DNA from: Hormiphora californensis
Taxonomy: Eukaryota; Animalia; Ctenophora
Reading direction: 5' to 3'
DNA: 64,000 nt
Assembly (NCBI GenBank): GCA_020137815.1
Contig: CM035353.1
Coordinates: 3,782,001 to 3,846,000, forward strand
The notes beneath the pieces are model-generated. The model was not told where the DNA came from and made no database searches. It saw nothing but the letters and a program-made list of their open reading frames with translations. Shown here one piece after another: positions 38,461-50,722 of the stretch. A program made the position numbers and the translations under genes. The number at the start of each line of letters is the position of its first letter. The first letter of the stretch is position 1.

Positions 38461-40151
38461 CCGCGTGGCCCAAATTAAAGGGAGGGTACGTTGGCCTTCT
38501 TTTCAACCAGAAGTTTAATTTCAATCACTCTGATATTTTGACACAATGTCTGCATGGGTACTCATTCGAGGAATCCGAAGTTTCAAATCATAAAAGTTGA
38601 AAGTTCATTAATGAACTCAATTTTTCGTTTTTCGGGTTTTTTGAGGTTTTCTCTTGATTAAATTCGATTTTATTATTTAAAAAACCGCCATACAATAGAG
38701 CAAGTATCAACAAATGGCAATCTGAATTTTTATCAAAATTGAATCAAGTTTAGTGGGTGAAATAAGTTATTTAAAGGGCCTAAAAACCCAAATTCTATTT
38801 ATTTATTTTGAACACTACATCGTAACAAGCATGCTATTGGAGTCCCAAAAAACATAGGTACACGCCCCACGGACCCAAGGTGATCCCAGGGGGAGCACCT
38901 CAAGTTCGGGCCCAGTTGGGGTCCCCCTGTAAACGCGCTTGTACTCCTTGAAATGCTAACAATATGATCCTCTCTCAAATTTGAAGTTTTGGGTAAATTT
39001 ATCCTTGTGTTACAGGTGAGTACATAATCTTTCTTGTCTCTGTATTCTGGTAATTTTTCTCCTAGTTTTGATAGGCTTAAATAATAATTGATGAGAAAAA
39101 TTATGAAATCTACTAAAACATAAGGATCATTTCTATCCTAAATTTTATATTTGAGAGAGGATCATATTGTTAGCATTTCAAGGAGTACAAGCGCGTTTAC
39201 AAGGGGACCCCAAATGGGCCCCAACTTGAGGGGCTCCCCCTGGGCTCACCTGGGGTCCATGTGGCGTGTGCCTATGCTTTTTGGGACTCCAATAGCATGC
39301 TTGTTACGATGGAGTGTTCAAAATAATTAATTAAAATTTTGGTTTTTAGGCCCTTTAAAGATGATATTTTTTACCAAACATCGATTTTGACCTGTTTTGA
39401 CCAGAAATCGGTAAATTCAGGCGCTAAAAATCTGTAAGGCCACTACACTTGATCAATTTTGATGTTAGCCGGAATTTAAGCTCTCTATCTTAAAATTCAT
39501 TTTTCCGACTGGAATGAATCCTGAATGAACTTGAAAACAGAAATGCTTTTTGGAACCGGAATTTCACAGTCGCCTTCGGGTATCGATTTCCTTTCAAACG
39601 CGACTAATTTGAGCTCAATTGGACCACCACAAGAGACACAGTGTCTAGTTATCTAACCCTAGGTTTGGTCATCTGACACCTAATGAGACAATAGCGTCAT
39701 TACTAAGTGCCAATAAGCAGGTGTAACGGACGAGTATCACGTATCACGTCTGCTAATGAGGATGGTGTACCGATACAGCATCCGTTAAAATGTAAGCTCT
39801 CTTGCTAACACGTCATAATTTGATGGGGATCACATGACTTACCCTAGGCTTAGAAAACGGATCACTGTGATTCTTGTGGTGATCCAATTAAGCTCAAACT
39901 GGTCCCATTCGAAAGGAAATCGATAGCCAAACAAATTTGTGAAACTTTGGTACCGAAATATGGTCCCATATTGGTGTTCATTCAATGTTCATGCGGTCGA
40001 AAAAAATGAACTTATATCCAGAGGGCTGAAACTTCGGATTCCTCGAATGAGTAACTATGCAGACATTGGGTCAAAATATCAGAGTGATTGAAATTAAACT
40101 TCTGGGTAAAAAGAAGGCCAACGTACCCTCCCTTTAATTTGGGCCAGGCGG
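38461..40151. mobile_element. 1.69-kb non-autonomous element, TA TSD, ~127-bp TIRs and internal inverted repeats
   Basis: TA|CCGCGTGGCCCAAATTAAAGGG...CCCTTTAATTTGGGCCAGGCGG|TA; internal IRs ~38770-38985/39145-39358 and ~39585-39635/39870-39925; absent from copy 2. Confidence 0.88.
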
Positions 40152-41368
40152 TATGTTTCTTTCCCACTCTCTCGGTTCACATACTACAGTAAATAGGTCA
40201 CGTTCTCCTTCTTCTTACTCCCTTTAGCCCAAATCACACAGCTACTCTAGAGTATGAATTGTGACAGAGAGTAAGCGGCAGTGCATCATGATGTTCTATG
40301 ACACTTTAGCTGCTTAGCCAACTACCAACCAAGTAATCACTTTTAATTGTTTTCAAAATGTCTCCAGAAAATGGCAGTAGGGGTGGATACAGAAATTGCT
40401 ATGTATGGACATAAACGGTAGATTATGGTAAAAAATGTGCAGGAAATGAACAAATGCAGTCAATAGACGTCCGGAAGGATGAAAATTTAATGGAAAAGTG
40501 TCAAGATGAATGCTGAAAAAACATAAAAAGTAGGGCTAAAAAAAGCTAAAAAAAGCTAAAAAAAGCTAAAAAAAGCTAAAATAAAAAACGCTATCGACCA
40601 AAATCAGGGTACCTTTAGCTTTTTTTAGGGCTGGACCCCCCCCACACCTTGAAAGACTTGGGATCAGCACTGACTGGGTTAAAGTTGTTGGCTGTGACTG
40701 GTGCTCTACTAACACCGGAAGAGTCATGAATCATCCAATCAGATATCATTATACGCATACTTAGATGTTATTTATATCATAAATATAAAGTAAAAAACGA
40801 TCAAAAGATCAAAAGTATATGGTAATTAACAGTTTTAATGATATACAATATAATAGGCTGCAGGCGAAGGAGAAGACGAGTCCTACCAAATGCTATGAGC
40901 CAGGTATGGCACGATACTACGTGGAATGTTTGCTGGCAGGCTGTGTTATATGCTGTCTGAAAACTGTCACCTCTAACGTATAGTACCTAACCATGTAAAA
41001 ATTTACGGCATCATGTACAAAATCATTATATGTATATAAAACGTTTTAGTTAATCTAACTTGGACATTTGCACAGTAGTGTAATATTTTTATAGCTTATA
41101 CATTTATTAAGTTAGAAATATAAAGTTTACTTGTGTATATATAGTATAACAAATTGGTTGGCTAAAATATCGTAGCAGCAGATAGTTCCGTGACTCTTTA
41201 TGATGGAACCCCAGATCTATATCATATCATAACCGGAAAAACGAAATCCAGGATTACATCAAGTACTGAGGCCTCATTACAGGCGAAGAATTTGACTAAT
41301 ATTTAATACTGACTAAGGAAGTGTATAAGGGACGGCTTCGCCACAAGATACATGGAGGCGAAATCAAG

Positions 41369-41910
41369 CTTGTTCCAGAACCAACCTTGGTAGAGGGAAA
41401 GGATGTAACCTGCTACATTGATACTCCATTCAGTTCGACGTTTTTATGCCATAACCAAGAGGTGGAACTATGTGTGCAAACTAGTGCCAGTAAGGCTAAA
41501 AACTTCAAGTCACACGAATCGAGCATAGGTAGCGCTATTATTACTACTGAGAGTAGAAGGCAGAGAAGAGGAAAGACCACTTGTTCCAGAACTAACCTTG
41601 GTAGAGGGAAAGGATGTCACATGCTACATCGATACTCCATTCAGTTCGACGTTTTTATGCCATAGCCAAGAGGTGGAATTATGCGTGCAAACTAGTGCCA
41701 GTAAGTCACACGAATCGAGCATAGGTAGCGCTATTACTACTACTGAGAGTAGAAGGCAGAGAAGAGGAAAGACAACTTGTTCCAGAACCAACCTTGGTAG
41801 AGGGAAAGGATGTCACCTGCTACATCGATACTCAATTCAGTTCGACGTTTTTATGCCATAGCCAAGAGGTGGAATTATGCGTGCAAACTAGTGCAAGCAA
41901 GGCCAAAAAC
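41369..41910 (+). repeat. 211-bp tandem repeat in duplicate copy 2, ~2.6 units, one with a 15-bp deletion
   Basis: Same unit as 34669-35435. Confidence 0.92.
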
Positions 41911-43017
41911 TAGTTAGTTAAAATCGAAGGTCTAATGCCAACCAGGAACCTAAAGGACGTCATTCATCGAAGTACTCACCATACTGAGGAGCAGCATGGA
42001 GCAGCCCAATAACATGTGGAAGTGTTGATACGGAGTTTACTGAATATAATTAATAAAGAAGCAGTGATACCAGATACAATTACACTTGCTAGACACGAAC
42101 TAGTTTTAAACAGAAGTCCGGGAATCTCTTTACCATGTATTGGATACTGCGGATAACAGAGGTTTGAACAGCCTTCGTGACAGATTAGATACATATATTT
42201 GATATATATTTGATAGCTAACCCGAACCCCCCCCCCCCCCCCCGAGATACTATCATGGATAGAGTTAACGATGTTGTAGAGCTCCACAAGGAGTAGCAGA
42301 TTGAGCAGATTGAGCAGACATTGTCGAGGACACAGAGAAGGTGGTGTTACCCTCCCGAACTCTTATGATTTTGCTTAGTCTAATGATTTGGTACTTATGG
42401 TTGACTAAAATTGAGTTCAGGTTCCGCATACCATCTTTCTTGTCGTTCTCGTATCTCAAACCTCGTTACAACATATATGTAGCCTGGTACGGGACTTTTT
42501 CTTCAACCTAGCAGAATCGCTGACAACGAAATACGAATGACTTGAGCCCTTTCGAGAGTGCTGTTGGTTTCGTATGGGCAACCCTTGAGATAGAAGCAGA
42601 GGTGATCTCCATTACTGGACGTAAAGATGGTAAAAATTTCCATTACTATAGTAATGGAAATTTTTACCAGCTTTACCAGACGAGAAAACCGTAGAGGAGA
42701 AGGTGAAGAGACATATATCGCAGCGGATGAGCGAGCTACAGATCTGCTACAGATCTGTAGCTTAAGAGGGCCACAGAGAAGGTGGTGTAAGGTGTTGCCC
42801 TCCCGAACTCTTCTGGAGGACGTTAGGCTCGCTACAAGGGTGGCGAGCAAGAGAGAAAGAACTGTGCGACCTAAGAGTCAAACTGTACCATTAATGTGGT
42901 ACAACATTAGTATTTAACGAAGTATTGATCGTAGCAGTGGCATCCCTAGGGAACGCCACCACAAAGGACCTTCTCCGCTAAACCGGAGAAGATCAGGTCA
43001 TAATAGGAATAATATTA

Positions 43018-43140
43018 TCTATTATACTATAAAGCAGGAAATATTGTGATGACCCTCTCGATTTTACATACATTACTTCCCCTGATATCTGTAGTCGTAT
43101 TCGTCGAATAAAACATGTCTCAAGCGAATGAGAGCTTACA
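43018..43140 (+). mobile_element. Helitron-like 5' end fragment (second copy 63830-63954)
   Basis: A|TCTATTATACTATAAAGC start typical of Helitron 5' ends; absent from duplicate copy 1; no CTRR 3' end seen. Confidence 0.45.
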
Positions 43141-44052
43141 AGATTATAATAGGAATAAGAAGATCCCCAAAAGGGGGAAATTTAATTAAGATCTACAGCA
43201 TTTACATTGTATGTATTTGGAATCCCCCAAATGTATGGGTGGCGTTGCCCGGCCCTCCCCAAATTCTTCAGGAGCGACTCTCCACACTGGTAGTACAAAG
43301 AGTAAAGACACATCAGACATTTTTTTGTGTTTTTTTTTCGTCGGTACCACACAGGTGGTACCGGCACAAAAGTATGAGAGGGTATTAAAACAATTAAGTA
43401 GTCCGAAAATTCTTACGACCTATTTCTTTATAGGACCCCCCAGCTCTGCAATCCATATCGCCAACCTACCAAGGGCCTAACTCGGATTATGACCCCGCCT
43501 TCCCGACGAACCAAGACAGCCAGTACCACAAAGAAGAAGAATATCTATCATTTATGTGCATGCTTTGTTTTCAATTTATTATTTTTCAGGACATAATTAA
43601 AACATAATTAAAACATAAAGTAGATCTGGAGACTAAATTAAAATCTACCGTATTTACCTAGTGTTGGAATCCCCCAAAAAGGGGAGAAGTTTTAACTTTT
43701 AAAGGTATAGGTGGCCTTGCCCTTCCAAATTCTTTTGGGACATATAGGAACGAATACTCTTGAGGAAGAGTGAATCGCCATAAAGGTGGCGAGCATAAAG
43801 GCAATAAAGACTGATAAAGATTTGAGCAAATATTAAAAGTCTAAAAACTTAAATTTCCGAACAACCGCTTGCACAGGTTACATAGGAACCGCCACAATGA
43901 ATAGTTGAACTACTCTGGGGAGGAACAAGAAAATCTTAATATTCGGATTTACATTCTTTACTTTTATCTGACTCCGTACCAGCTTATATGTTTTGCACAT
44001 TTTTCTGTCCCACTTTTACTCTCTCGGGCCGAGAGTCTCGGCTCACATAATA

Positions 44053-44211
44053 CAGTCGGACCCCGATTTAGTGGCACCCCGATTTAGTGGCAGGATAATC
44101 TTCCCCCGATATAGGAAATTAGCAGTATATTTGACCCCGATTTAGTGGACACCCCGATTTAGTGGACAAAACCCTTTCCCCCGAGGATGTCACTAAATCG
44201 GGGTCCGACTG
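44053..44211. mobile_element. Tc1/mariner (pogo-type) MITE, CAGTCGGACCCCGATTTAG family
   Basis: TA|CAGTCGGACCCCGATTTAGTG...CACTAAATCGGGGTCCGACTG|TA; absent at the paralogous site ~40180. Confidence 0.92.
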
Positions 44212-44602
44212 TACACAGTAAATAGGCCACGTTCTTCTTCTTCTCACTCCCTTTAGCCCACATCACACAGGGTATGAATTGTGACAGAGAGTGAGCGGCG
44301 AAGCATGCAATGCATCATGGTGTTCTAAGACACTTTAGCTGCTCAGCCAATTACCAACCAAGTAATCACTTTTAATTGTTTTCAAAATCTCACCGCATAC
44401 TGGCCAATTAATGGCCAATTAATGGCCTAGTTGTTCAACCGAGCTCTTACATCAGTGCACAGCTAAACCGCTTAGAGGAAGTTATAGCAGACATGGAAAG
44501 AGGGAGAAAGAGGGAGAGAGAAAGAGGGAGAGATCGCGTCATGCAGTATTGCAGCACTTCTTATTTATTTCGCTATCATTGCTTCACCAAATCTTGCTGA
44601 CA

Positions 44603-47151
44603 ATGATTTTTCTCATTGCATCCATCAATATCATCATGGTCTGTACCGCTGATCAAGTCATCCCGGTCGTCACTCTGAGTGGGGGCTCCACCTCAAACGA
44701 AGGATACCCTAATTTACACTTCAACAATGGATCCGTTCTTGTGGGCGTGTGTGGGGGAAATAAAGGTTTTGCAAACGCGGCATGCCAGTGGGCTGGATAC
44801 CCCGGGGGACATATTGTACCGGAGAAATGGTCTGATATTGATACAACTTCTAACGTCTCCTGGCGTTTCAGGTTTGAGTGTGAGGAAAGGGGCGGATAAC
44901 TTGACGGGATGTGTCACTAAACAGTGTCAGGATCCCCCGGGCCGGTGTGTTCCTCCGATGTTACCCTGCCGATTGTACCCTACCAAACGGCCAGATAATT
45001 CCTGGGAACACCTCTCAGTGGGTGGGCGGTGACCGGGTGTGCAAGTGTGGAGAGGACGGGATGGTGATGTGTGATTGCCGGCATGTTAAGAGGAGGGTAT
45101 GTCCTAATGGTCGAGGTGCTGCCCAGTTGGATGTGTTATGTGAACCCATTTGTGAAGTTGATGTCAACGAGTGCAAGGATGTACAGGTACGATCATTAAT
45201 TGAAGAAAATATTTCTCTCTCTTTTATCTCTCCTCTTTCTTATGGATCTTCACTTTTTAACAATCTGACCAATTTTTCTCCTTTCCTGCAGATTCCGAGG
45301 CAGTGCAAGTTTTATCGGGAGCAGGGTCTCTGTCAGGCAAACAAAACCGTCCGAGACATGTGTCGGAGCACGTGTGAGCTCTGTCAGGAAAAAGAGGCTC
45401 AGGATCAAGGATTAGGAACCAGTACGGATCAGGAAGGAGCCAGTACGGATCAGGAATTAGGAACCAGTACAGATCAGGAAGGAACCAGTACGGATCAAGA
45501 AGGAACCAGTACGGATCAGGAAGGAACCAGTACGGATCAGGAAGGAACCAGTACGGATCAGGAAGGAACCAGTACGGATCAGGAAGGAACCAGTACGGAT
45601 CAGGAAGGAACTAGTACGGATCAGGAAGGAACCAGTACGGATCAGGAAGGAACCAGTACGGATCAGGAAGGAACCAGTACGGATCAGGAAGGAGCCAGTA
45701 CGGATCAGGAAGGAGCCAGTACGGATCAGGAAGGAACCAGTACGGATCAAGAATTAGGAACCAGTACGGATCAGGAAGGAACCAGTACGGATCAGGAAGG
45801 AACCAGTACGGATCAGGAAGGAACCAGTACGGATCAGGAAGGAACCAGTACGGATCAGGAAGGAACCAGTACGGATCAGGAAGGAACCAGTACGGATCAG
45901 GAAGGAACCAGTACGGATCAAGAAGGAACCAGTACGGATCAGGAAGGAACCAGTACGGATCACGAAGGAACCAGTACGGATCAGGAAGGAACCAGTACGG
46001 ATCAGGAAGGAACCAGTACGGATCAGGAAGGAACCAGTACGGATCAGGAAAGAACCAGTACGGATCAGGAAGGAACCAGTACAGATCAGGAAGGAACCAG
46101 TACGGATCAGGAAGGAACCAGTACGGATCAGGAAGGAACCAGTACGGATCAGGAATTAGGAACCAGTACGGATCAAGAAGGACCCAGTACGGATCAGGAA
46201 GGAACCAGTACGGATCAGGAAGGAACCAGTACGGATCAGGAAGGAACCAGTACGGATCAGGAAGGAACCAGTACGGATCAGGAATTAGGGACCACGGACC
46301 AAGAATTAGGGACCAGTACGGATCAGGAATTAGGGACCACGGACCAAGAATTAGGGACCAGTACGGATCAGGAATTAGGGACCACGGACCAAGAATTAGG
46401 GACCAGTACGAATCAGGACTTAGAAACCACGGATCCGATTACAACAACAATCCCATCATCATCACCACCATCGTGTCGTGACCACGAGTACTACAGTGAG
46501 TCATGTAGGGTGTGGAGGAATTCTGGCCATTGTGCCGGTAACAAATCTGTGAGAGGTTGGTGTCAGGGAACCTGTGGACTGTGCAGCTCCAGCTGCCACG
46601 ACACCCTCCCGATAGAGACATGTCGTGTTGCAGTTGAGAGTGGTAGTTGTCATGACAACTTGGTGGTGTTGCGGGGGTGTAAACGGGCGTGTGGGGTGTG
46701 TGGTGGATATCCACAGGATGGGTGTAGAGATGTGTACCGGAGCTCCTCCTGTAGGATATGGAGGGACAAGGGACGGTGTGAGGAGGAGAGTGGGGAGGTG
46801 AGAGATATCTGTGCTGAGACGTGTGGAGAATGCACCGTTACCATGGTTACTGAGTCTCAACCTGCTGAGAATTCAGGGTGTGTTGATAGGATGTCTTTGA
46901 GTCTGTGTGAATATTTCAAAGGAGCTGGGTACTGTGAGAGTAAGATGCACAAGCAGGCCTTGTCTACTCATTGTAAACGTACCTGTGGATACTGCGGGGA
47001 GGTAGAGAATGAGGGAGAGAAATCAGGTGGAGGAGGGTGTAGAGATGAAATTGAGAGTGAGGTTTGTGGACAATGGGCAGCAGGTGGGTATTGTGAGACA
47101 AACAGCAGAGTTAGGTTGGAGTATTGCCGGGACACTTGTGATTCGTGCTAA
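44603..47151 (+). CDS. Secreted multi-domain protein: signal peptide, SRCR-like, VWC-like, ShKT, (STDQEGT)n spacer, five more ShKT; 5' frame disrupted near 44885-44912
   Basis: Hydrophobic MIFLIASINIIMVCTA start; VGVC...NAACQWAGY...AGVFLRC SRCR pattern; six CxD...C...C...CxxT/ACxxC ShK-type domains; GT-AG intron 45187-45291 with polypyrimidine tract; stop at 47151. Confidence 0.85.
45400..46432 (+). repeat. Coding 21-bp minisatellite (GGAACCAGTACGGATCAGGAA)n encoding GTSTDQE, >40 units
   Basis: In-frame repeat with 24-bp (extra Leu) variants and several synonymous changes. Confidence 0.97.
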
Positions 47152-47529
47152 TTTAGCAAATCATGAACTATATACTGTGTGCGACAATATTAATTTAGTT
47201 ATATTAATACGTATCTGAAACTAAAAGCTATAAATTGTGTTTTGCATTATACATAATACCGTGGACCCATATCTGCTGGTTACCGCTATCAGCTGAAGAA
47301 GCACGGACTCAGCTCCATGAAACCCTACACTATTTTAGCAAGAGAATTATATTAATACGTTATATCTGAAAGCTATAAATTGTGTTTTGCATTATATTAA
47401 CCCTTTCCAAAACAAACTGTTTATCTATAGTTTACTAAATGTAGGTTCTGTACATCATCCCATTTTATTTTGATGATGGAAAATACAGTCGCGACTGTAT
47501 CACATTTTCCAGTCGGACTAGTCGGACCC

Positions 47530-47636
47530 CAGTCGGACCCCGATTTAGTGGCCCCCGATTTAGTGGACATCCCGATTTATAAGTTGACAAGCAAAAGCCT
47601 TTCCCCCGAGGATGCCACTAAATCGGGGTCCGACTG
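47530..47636. mobile_element. Internally deleted CAGTCGGACCCC MITE with a stuttered left end
   Basis: cagtcggaccccgatttagtgg...aatcggggtccgactg|TA; preceded by partial end copies and a collapsed tacagtcgcgactgta at 47484-47499. Confidence 0.85.
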
Positions 47637-48011
47637 TATCTTTAGTCTAGTTGCATATACCTTGTTATACACAATTGCATTTTCCCAGATTGACCAACAC
47701 ATTCGTAATGTCCAACACATACGTGATGTCCATTCACCTGGATCAGTAGCAATATGTTCCAAATGCCAAACAACGTTTTCGAATAACTTTAGCCTGAAGA
47801 GCACGGGCACTCGAGGCAATTAAGGATGAGTCTAGAAGGGCCCGATTGTCTGATAGAATGTTGATCATTTTTCTATTCCGTAGACCGTAATTTATTATTA
47901 CTATATAGGACACACATCCTGGGCAGACTATTACCTGCTCATTGCTCCCGGACCAAGATTCGGAAGGAACTTAAGATCTGGCTGGGGAACAAAATATGAT
48001 AAAGAAAAATG

Positions 48012-49694
48012 GGTACTCACGGGGTTCTCCATTTTCTAAAAAGCGCAAGGATTACGCAAGGAAAACGCAAGGTATACGCAAGGATTACGCAAGGATTACG
48101 CAAAGAATACGCAAGGAATACGCAAGGAATACGCTATGGTTCCGCACAGAATACGCAAGGGATACGCAGGGATTACGCAAGTAATACGCAAGGATTACGC
48201 AAGGAAAACGCAAGGTATACGCAAGGATTACGCAAGGATTACGCAAAGAACACGCAAGAAATAAGCAGAAAATACGCAAGGGATACGCAATTTGCGTATC
48301 CCTTTCGTATCCTTTGCGTAAAACCCACTACTGGCTTCCAAACCACCTCGCCTCTCTCATACCTTTTGCAATTGTCCTCAAATCTCTCCCTCTCCCTCTC
48401 CCTCTCCCTCTCCCTCTCCCTCTCCCTCTCCCTCTCCCTCTCCCTCTCCCTCTCCCTCTCCCTCTCCCTCTCCCTCTCCCTCTCCCTCTCCCTCTCCCTC
48501 TCCCTCTCCCTCTCCCTCTCCCTCTCCCTCTCCCTCTCCCTCTCCCTCTCCCTCTCCCTCTCCCTCTCCCTCTCCCTCTCCCTCTCCCTCTCCCTCTCCC
48601 TCTCCCTCTCCCTCTCCCTCTCCCTCTCCCTCTCCTCTCCTCTCCCTCTCCCTCTCCCTCTCCTCTCCCTCTCCCTCTCCCTCTCCCTCTCCCTCTCCCT
48701 CTCCCTCTCCCTCTCCCTCTCCCTCTCCCTCTCCCTCTCCCTCTCCCTCTCCCTCTCCCTCTCCCTCTCCCTCTCCCTCTCCCTCTCCCTCTCCCTCTCC
48801 CTCTCCCTCTCCCTCTCCCTCTCCCTCTCCCTCTCCCTCTCTCTGGTGGGGATCTGGTGCCTTCCTTCTCCACAGAGGTTGCAGATGTCCAGTAGAACTC
48901 TAGACTTGGGTATTCCGTGACGGACTGTCATTGTTGATTTATCATTTGGAGGTAGAGCAGGGATGGATTGTTCAGGAACGGGATGGTGGCTGCGTAACAA
49001 AGGCATAATCGGATGAGATACCTGAGACGTAGTACGGTGTGATATAATCCGTTAATCGGTCCTACCCAGCTTACCCGTGACCCGAGACGTGACAAGCTAC
49101 ATGAGACGCAATAACAAGTGATGAAAGATCCCACTGTATCCTCCCCTAGTAGTGTTTCGTATCACATATCCAACTAGACTAAAGCGGTAGATAGACCGAA
49201 TCACCCTCCCCTAATGATAGTGATTAGTATCACGTATCCAACTAGACTAAAGCGGTAGAGAGTCTCTGGTCACGGATAAGCTGGGTAGGACCGATTAACG
49301 GATTATATCACACCGTACTACGTCTCAGGTATCCCATCCGATTATGCCTTTGTTACGCAGCCAGTAGTGGGTTTTACGCAAAGGATACGAAAGGGATACG
49401 CAAATTGCGTATCCCTTGCGTATTTTCTGCTTATTTCTTGCGTGTTCTTTGCGTAATCCTTGCGTAATCCTTGCGTATACCTTGCGTTTTCCTTGCGTAA
49501 TCCTTGCGCATTACTTGCGTAATCCCTGCGTATCCCTTGCGTATTCTGTGCGGAACCATAGCGTATTCCTTGCGTATTCCTTGCGTATTCTTTGCGTAAT
49601 CCTTGCGTAATCCTTGCGTATACCTTGCGTTTTCCTTGCGTAATCCTTGCGTAATCCTTGCGCTTTTTAGAAAATGGAGAACCCCGTGAGTACC
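48012..49694. mobile_element. Merlin-like non-autonomous foldback element, 8-bp TSD
   Basis: GAAAAATG|GGTACTCACGGGG...CCCCGTGAGTACC|GAAAAATG; GGTAC fits the Merlin GGNRM terminus; subterminal 11-bp TACGCAAGGAT repeats. Confidence 0.88.
48384..48843. repeat. (CTCTCC)n hexamer microsatellite, ~460 bp
   Basis: Direct reading; produces the spurious SL/PL/RE/RG ORFs. Confidence 0.98.
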
Positions 49695-49979
49695 GAAAAA
49701 TGTTTTCTATATTGCATAAGAATTTTTAATTCTGAATCTTTAACCTCCACTGGAGGATCCTACACGGGGAAATTTGTAATTTGCGAGAAAGAAAACGGTT
49801 ACAAAGCTAAATTAATTCGTTAGTTTGACATTTATAACCTGAAATCAATTAGGATTTTAAACGTTTAAGAGGATTGAAACGGTACAGTACCTCCACTGTG
49901 ATAATTGATACCAATTTTAGTTAGAATCTTTTCATTAGATCGGTATGATATTATTGTTATTGACTGTATGTATGTTTGT

Positions 49980-50141
49980 ACATTTCACTTAATTTTTATC
50001 TTTTTTTCATCTTTTTTCATCTTTTATTTCATCTTTTCGGTATAAATTCTGTTCTATTATTACATTTCACTTATTTTCATCTTTTTTCATCTTTTTTCAT
50101 CTTTTATTTCATCTTTTCGGTATAAATTCTGTTCTATTATT
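49980..50141 (+). repeat. ~80-bp tandem duplication containing CATCTTTTTTT subrepeats
   Basis: acatttcactta...cggtataaattctgttctattatt occurs twice. Confidence 0.85.
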
Positions 50142-50722
50142 CTTTTTTTTTGATTTATTTATTTATAAGCTAGCTAATGTTGTACTACATATATATTGAT
50201 GAAGTGGCACTTTGATAAAGCTTTGATCATCAATATCATAATGATTATGAATCAGCTATATACTGAATATTCTTTTATGTTATCTTTATATCAGCGGTCA
50301 GGTGGCATGTAAATTCATGTAAGTTAGTGAGTCAAAGTTGGCTACATTAATTGCACCCTGGAAAAGTTCAAGATCATTAGGGGGTTTATGGAGTCCTGCG
50401 ACTCGACTGAAAACTGTCAATGCAAGACTATACAAGCCTTCACAGAAATCTTTTTCGGGGTGTGATGTCATTATTTGGAAAGAGTGCACAGGAAACAAGG
50501 ATAAGACTGACAAGAATGATGACCAGTCATTGGTCATTGATAGAAGAAATCTTCAAAAAGTCGGCTGAATGGGTACAGTACATAAAGAATGAAGCAATCA
50601 GAATAGGTGCAAATATTGTACCTTCTCAGAAATCTTTATCTGACTGAGAGGTGCTTGTTTGAAAACAATATTCGGGTAACACCACTGCTTATACAAGAAG
50701 GACGACCTATTGGCCAAGATAA

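Larger units (their letters stand above)
33659..44388 (+). repeat. Tandem segmental duplication (copy 1 33659-40359, copy 2 40355-44388)
   Basis: Collinear near-identical blocks; AAAAT microhomology at the junction 40355-40359; copies differ by independent insertions. Confidence 0.9.

Noticed and set aside
45457-45963. Antisense (IRTGSFL)n ORFs
   Set aside because: Shadow of the coding minisatellite on the opposite strand
48009-48920. Long SL, PL and RG repeat ORFs, and the SL ORFs at 54650-55120
   Set aside because: Translations of microsatellites and transposon subterminal repeats
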